Assembly: GCA_964600765.1 (NCBI GenBank)
Contig: CAZRKI010000004.1
Coordinates: 11,162-75,161 of the forward strand
DNA length: 64,000 bases
Reading direction: 5' to 3'
Source of the DNA: an uncultured Marmoricola sp.
GTDB lineage: Bacteria; Actinomycetota; Actinomycetes; Propionibacteriales; Nocardioidaceae
Shown here piece by piece: positions 60,837 to 64,000 of the stretch. The notes under the pieces are model-generated. The model was not told the origin of the DNA and searched no databases. It saw only the letters and a list, made by a program, of their open reading frames with translations. How positions within the stretch are numbered: the first letter of the stretch is position 1; the number at the start of each line of letters is the position of its first letter. The position numbers and the translations under genes were made by a program.

Positions 60837-61742
60837 GTGAGGTACTTCTCGATGCGGCAGCCACGCGCCTTGCTGATTGCTCTGGTTCTGGCCCTTGGGC
60901 TCACGGTCATGCCGCTACTGCCAGCCCAGGCTGCTTTCACGGGCACGACTGGGGGAGCGCCGGTTCCGGTGCGCAATCCCAATTGCCATGCCACGCTCAA
61001 CGCGGCTGACCGACAGGACCTGATCGCCTCCACGGACATGTCCACCATCACCGGCTTTGATGATGTCCTGCCCAGGGTCGAACACATCCGGGATATTTTC
61101 CTGCGCAATCACGACAACGCCGGTCTGTTCCCTCTGGTCTATGGCGAGATCACCAGACGTGGGACCGATCAGATCGGTGGGAATGGCACTGAGTACGCAG
61201 ATCCGGCCTTCGTGGACCGGTTGATGGTGGAGTTCTTCAGGTTGTACCTGAAGAACCTCAAGGCCTATCTGACTGGTGGCCGGATGGATCCACAATGGCG
61301 CTCCTATTACCAACTGGCCAGTGACTGCAACCGGACCATTGGTCGGGTGGCTGCTGCCGGAATCAACGCCCACATGGTGGGTGATTTCCCATTCGCGATC
61401 CGAGCAGCGGGGGCCACCTGGGCCAACTACGAGGACTACATGAAGATCGGGATCGACCTGGTCAAGGCCATTCCGGTGATTTCCGCTGCGACGCAATCGG
61501 CCTACGGTGCTGATCTGACCCAACCGATGACCATATACTGGGTGGGCAAGCTCTTTGATTCGGTCACCCAACCGAACATGAGCCCATTGATGGTCTTTCA
61601 GGCTGTTCGTTGGAATGCCTTCGTACAGGCGATGATGCTCACTGACCGCGGCCTGGTGGAATGGGTCAGGTTCTTGTCCAACCTGATGTGGGGAACCGCG
61701 GATCTGATCCTTTCGGGGCTGGAAGCCAACAACCTGCTCTGA
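60837..61742 (+). CDS. Secreted protein, DUF5995-like
   Basis: Sec signal ending AQA; F...Y..IT, DP.FV.RL.VEF..LY and GINAHM..D pattern. Start may be 60837 or 60852. Confidence 0.6.
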   Translation: MRYFSMRQPRALLIALVLALGLTVMPLLPAQAAFTGTTGGAPVPVRNPNCHATLNAADRQDLIASTDMSTITGFDDVLPRVEHIRDIFLRNHDNAGLFPLVYGEITRRGTDQIGGNGTEYADPAFVDRLMVEFFRLYLKNLKAYLTGGRMDPQWRSYYQLASDCNRTIGRVAAAGINAHMVGDFPFAIRAAGATWANYEDYMKIGIDLVKAIPVISAATQSAYGADLTQPMTIYWVGKLFDSVTQPNMSPLMVFQAVRWNAFVQAMMLTDRGLVEWVRFLSNLMWGTADLILSGLEANNLL

Positions 61743-61780
61743 TTCGTGATTCCGTGACGGCCACGGGGTAGGTTGCCTGC

Positions 61781-62611
61781 ATGGCCGATGACTCGATGAC
61801 GGATTTCACCTGTGCACCCTTCACCAGTGATGGGTTCACCCATGACGTCTTCTGGTCCGGCTCGGGGCCAGCTGTGGTTGTGATGGCCGAGATGCCCGGG
61901 ATCACGCCCAATGTGTTGCGTTTTGCCCGCTGGGTTCGTGATCTTGGGTGCACTGTGGTTCTTCCAGATCTTTTTGGCAAAGCCGGCTTCGACAGCACCT
62001 GGTCGGCCATTGGTAAGGCCCGGGGGATCGCCTACGGTGCCAAGGTGTTGACCCAAACCTGCGTTCGCAAGGAATTTGTCTGTTGGGCAACTGGACGCTC
62101 ATCACCAGTAGTTGCCTGGTTGCGGGCCCTCGGTCGCGAGGCGCACCAACGGTGTGGAGGTCCGGGGATCGGAGCGGTTGGGATGTGCTTCACCGGTGGC
62201 TTTGCGCTCTCGATGGCAACAGATGACCGGTTGCTGGTCCCGGTTCTCTCCCAGCCAGCCAATCCATTCGGGGTGACCAGCAAACAACGGTCATCCATCG
62301 ATATCAGCGACGCTGATCTGGCCACGGTGCAGCAACGATGTGCCGAGGGGCTGGAGGTGATTGGCCTACGCTTTACAGGGGATCGGTTGGTTCCACCGCA
62401 ACGGTTTGCCATGCTCCGAGAAAAGCTCGGGGACTCTTTCATCGCTGTCGAATTGCCAAATGAGGCGGCCAATCCGGAAGCAGATGTGCCACCGCATTCA
62501 ATGCTCACTGAGCACGTTATTGATCAGCCGGGGCAGCCAACCCGGGCAGCTGTCGATCTGGTGCTGGATCACCTGCATCGTAAACTCGTGGCCCCCATGA
62601 GCGCTAACTGA
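61781..62611 (+). CDS. Dienelactone-hydrolase-family protein
   Basis: EMPGITP, nucleophile GMCFTGG and C-terminal HSMLT. Confidence 0.88.
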   Translation: MADDSMTDFTCAPFTSDGFTHDVFWSGSGPAVVVMAEMPGITPNVLRFARWVRDLGCTVVLPDLFGKAGFDSTWSAIGKARGIAYGAKVLTQTCVRKEFVCWATGRSSPVVAWLRALGREAHQRCGGPGIGAVGMCFTGGFALSMATDDRLLVPVLSQPANPFGVTSKQRSSIDISDADLATVQQRCAEGLEVIGLRFTGDRLVPPQRFAMLREKLGDSFIAVELPNEAANPEADVPPHSMLTEHVIDQPGQPTRAAVDLVLDHLHRKLVAPMSAN

Positions 62612-63227
62612 TCAATCCCAGACCTCGCCCCCTGGCCACAGCACTCGTGCGATTGTCGACCCCCAGCTTGGTGTAGATGTGCACCAGATGGGTTTTGACG
62701 GTCGCCTCACTGATGTGGAGTTCGGCTGCGATCTGTCGGTTGCTGAGTCCCCGGTCCACCAGGGCGAGTACGTCGATCTCCCGGTCGCTGAGCTTCTGCG
62801 CCGTGGTGCCCAGCGAGCGGGCGGCCCGCCGGGCCAGGTCCGGATCCAGGACGTCCCGACCAGCCGCAGCACCCAGTACGGCTGCAGTGATGGTGGCTGG
62901 ATCGGCATCCTTGAGCAGGTAACCAGCAGCGCCGGCCTCAATCGCCCGGACGATGTCATGGTCGTGGTCATAGGTGGTAAGGATGATCACTGCCGGGGGG
63001 TCAGCCAGTTCCCGGAGAGCTGCGGTCAGTGCCACCCCATCCATTCCCGGCCCCATGCGTAGGTCGGTGAGGACCACCTGGGGTCGGGTGCTGCCCATCA
63101 ACTCCAGGGCATCCTCCCCGGTTGCTGCCTCGGCCAGTACCTGGAGTTCCGTTTGGGCGGACAACAGCGCCGCGAGGCCTGACCTCACCACCGGATGGTC
63201 ATCCACGACCATTACTGAAACTGTCAT
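62604..63227 (-). CDS. NarL/LuxR-family response regulator
   Basis: VVDDHPVVRSG, LTDLRM, LSDREIDVL and ISEATVKTH motifs. Confidence 0.94.
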   Translation of the reverse strand: MTVSVMVVDDHPVVRSGLAALLSAQTELQVLAEAATGEDALELMGSTRPQVVLTDLRMGPGMDGVALTAALRELADPPAVIILTTYDHDHDIVRAIEAGAAGYLLKDADPATITAAVLGAAAGRDVLDPDLARRAARSLGTTAQKLSDREIDVLALVDRGLSNRQIAAELHISEATVKTHLVHIYTKLGVDNRTSAVARGRGLGLIS

Positions 63228-64000
63228 GACACCCTCAGAATCGGGACAGTGGCGAGCAGTGTGGTGCCAGTCGTGGAGGTGGATACCTCAAGATGACCAC
63301 CGAGTTCAGCCAGTCGGGTTCTCATTGCCGCCAGCCCATATCCAGATTCCGAATCCGGCTTGCGTTGGGCATCGAAGCCGTGCCCGTCGTCAATTACTGA
63401 CAGGGTCAGGATGTCATCGTCTGCAGAGACACTGATCTGCACCTGTTGGGCAGCTGAGTGCTGTCGCACATTGGCCAGGGCGCTCTGGGCTACCCGCAGC
63501 ATGGCTATCTCCTGCTCAATTGCCAGAGCTGGTACGCCTGTTGTCTCCAGATGAGTGCTGATGCCGGTCTCCTCCTCGAGCCTCGTGGCCAACCTGTCCA
63601 GCGCTGCAACAAGTGGTTGCTCCTCCAGTGCTGCTGGGGTCAGGGCAGCCACGATCCGACGGGACTCCTCAAGGTTTTCTCCAGCAGTTCGGGCGATCTG
63701 GGTGAGGAGTTGTTCTGAATCCGAATCAGTCGACAGGCCAGCCCGGGCGAGTAGCAGGATGGAGGCAAAACCCTGGGCGAGAGTGTCGTGGATATCCCTG
63801 GACAGCCGGGTCCGTTCGGCCAGTGCTCCCGCTTCGCGCTGGCTCACAGCAAGTTCGTCCTGGGCCCGGATCAGGCTGGTCAGTAGGTCAGCCCGTTCCT
63901 GGGCCAGATGGATCAATTGCAATTGCCCACGCGAAACCCCGAAGGCAAACAACATCCCCACACCAGGTCCGATGATGGCTGCGGCATGTGGAGGACCCGA
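63224..64000 (-). CDS. HisKA_3 sensor histidine kinase, 5'-truncated by the window edge
   Basis: ERTRLSRDIHDTLAQG, AQSALANVRQH, DDGHGF and GYGLAAMRTR; 4-bp overlap with the regulator. Confidence 0.92.
   Translation of the reverse strand, partial: SGPPHAAAIIGPGVGMLFAFGVSRGQLQLIHLAQERADLLTSLIRAQDELAVSQREAGALAERTRLSRDIHDTLAQGFASILLLARAGLSTDSDSEQLLTQIARTAGENLEESRRIVAALTPAALEEQPLVAALDRLATRLEEETGISTHLETTGVPALAIEQEIAMLRVAQSALANVRQHSAAQQVQISVSADDDILTLSVIDDGHGFDAQRKPDSESGYGLAAMRTRLAELGGHLEVSTSTTGTTLLATVPILRVS

Overview
A compact window of an actinobacterial chromosome, most like Nocardioidaceae/Propionibacteriales by gene content and protein sequence (GC roughly low-to-mid 60s % by eye). Much of it follows the conserved core synteny known from Mycobacterium Rv3241c-Rv3315c and the matching Streptomyces region. 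In order it carries: a nucleoside ABC importer with cdd, deoA, add and deoC plus two aldehyde dehydrogenase genes; maf-accE-accD and birA; purK-purE; two LCP ligases; a galactofuranose polymer locus (glfT1-like fusion, glf, glfT2, wzm, wzt); an amidase with FG-GAP repeats; GDP-mannose genes; cofE-cofD; whiB; ahcY; mtrA-mtrB-lpqB; comF; hpf; and a partial NarL-type two-component system. I saw no tRNA, rRNA, CRISPR array, integrase or IS element. The best candidates for undescribed biology are: (1) a mycobacterial-type galactofuranan pathway with a two-domain GT2 fusion but no wbbL/rmlD or arabinosyltransferase genes in the window; (2) a palindromic motif AAT(T/C)ACA-N4-TGT(A/G)ATT shared by the amidase and whiB promoters; (3) a P450 translationally coupled inside the nucleoside salvage operon; (4) a catalytically dead ALDH partner next to a full ALDH and deoC; (5) a perfect CsoR/CstR-type operator inside the promoter of a rhodanese lipoprotein; (6) a probable GT-A/GT-C fusion next to whiB. 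All calls come from manual motif recognition; no database searches were run.
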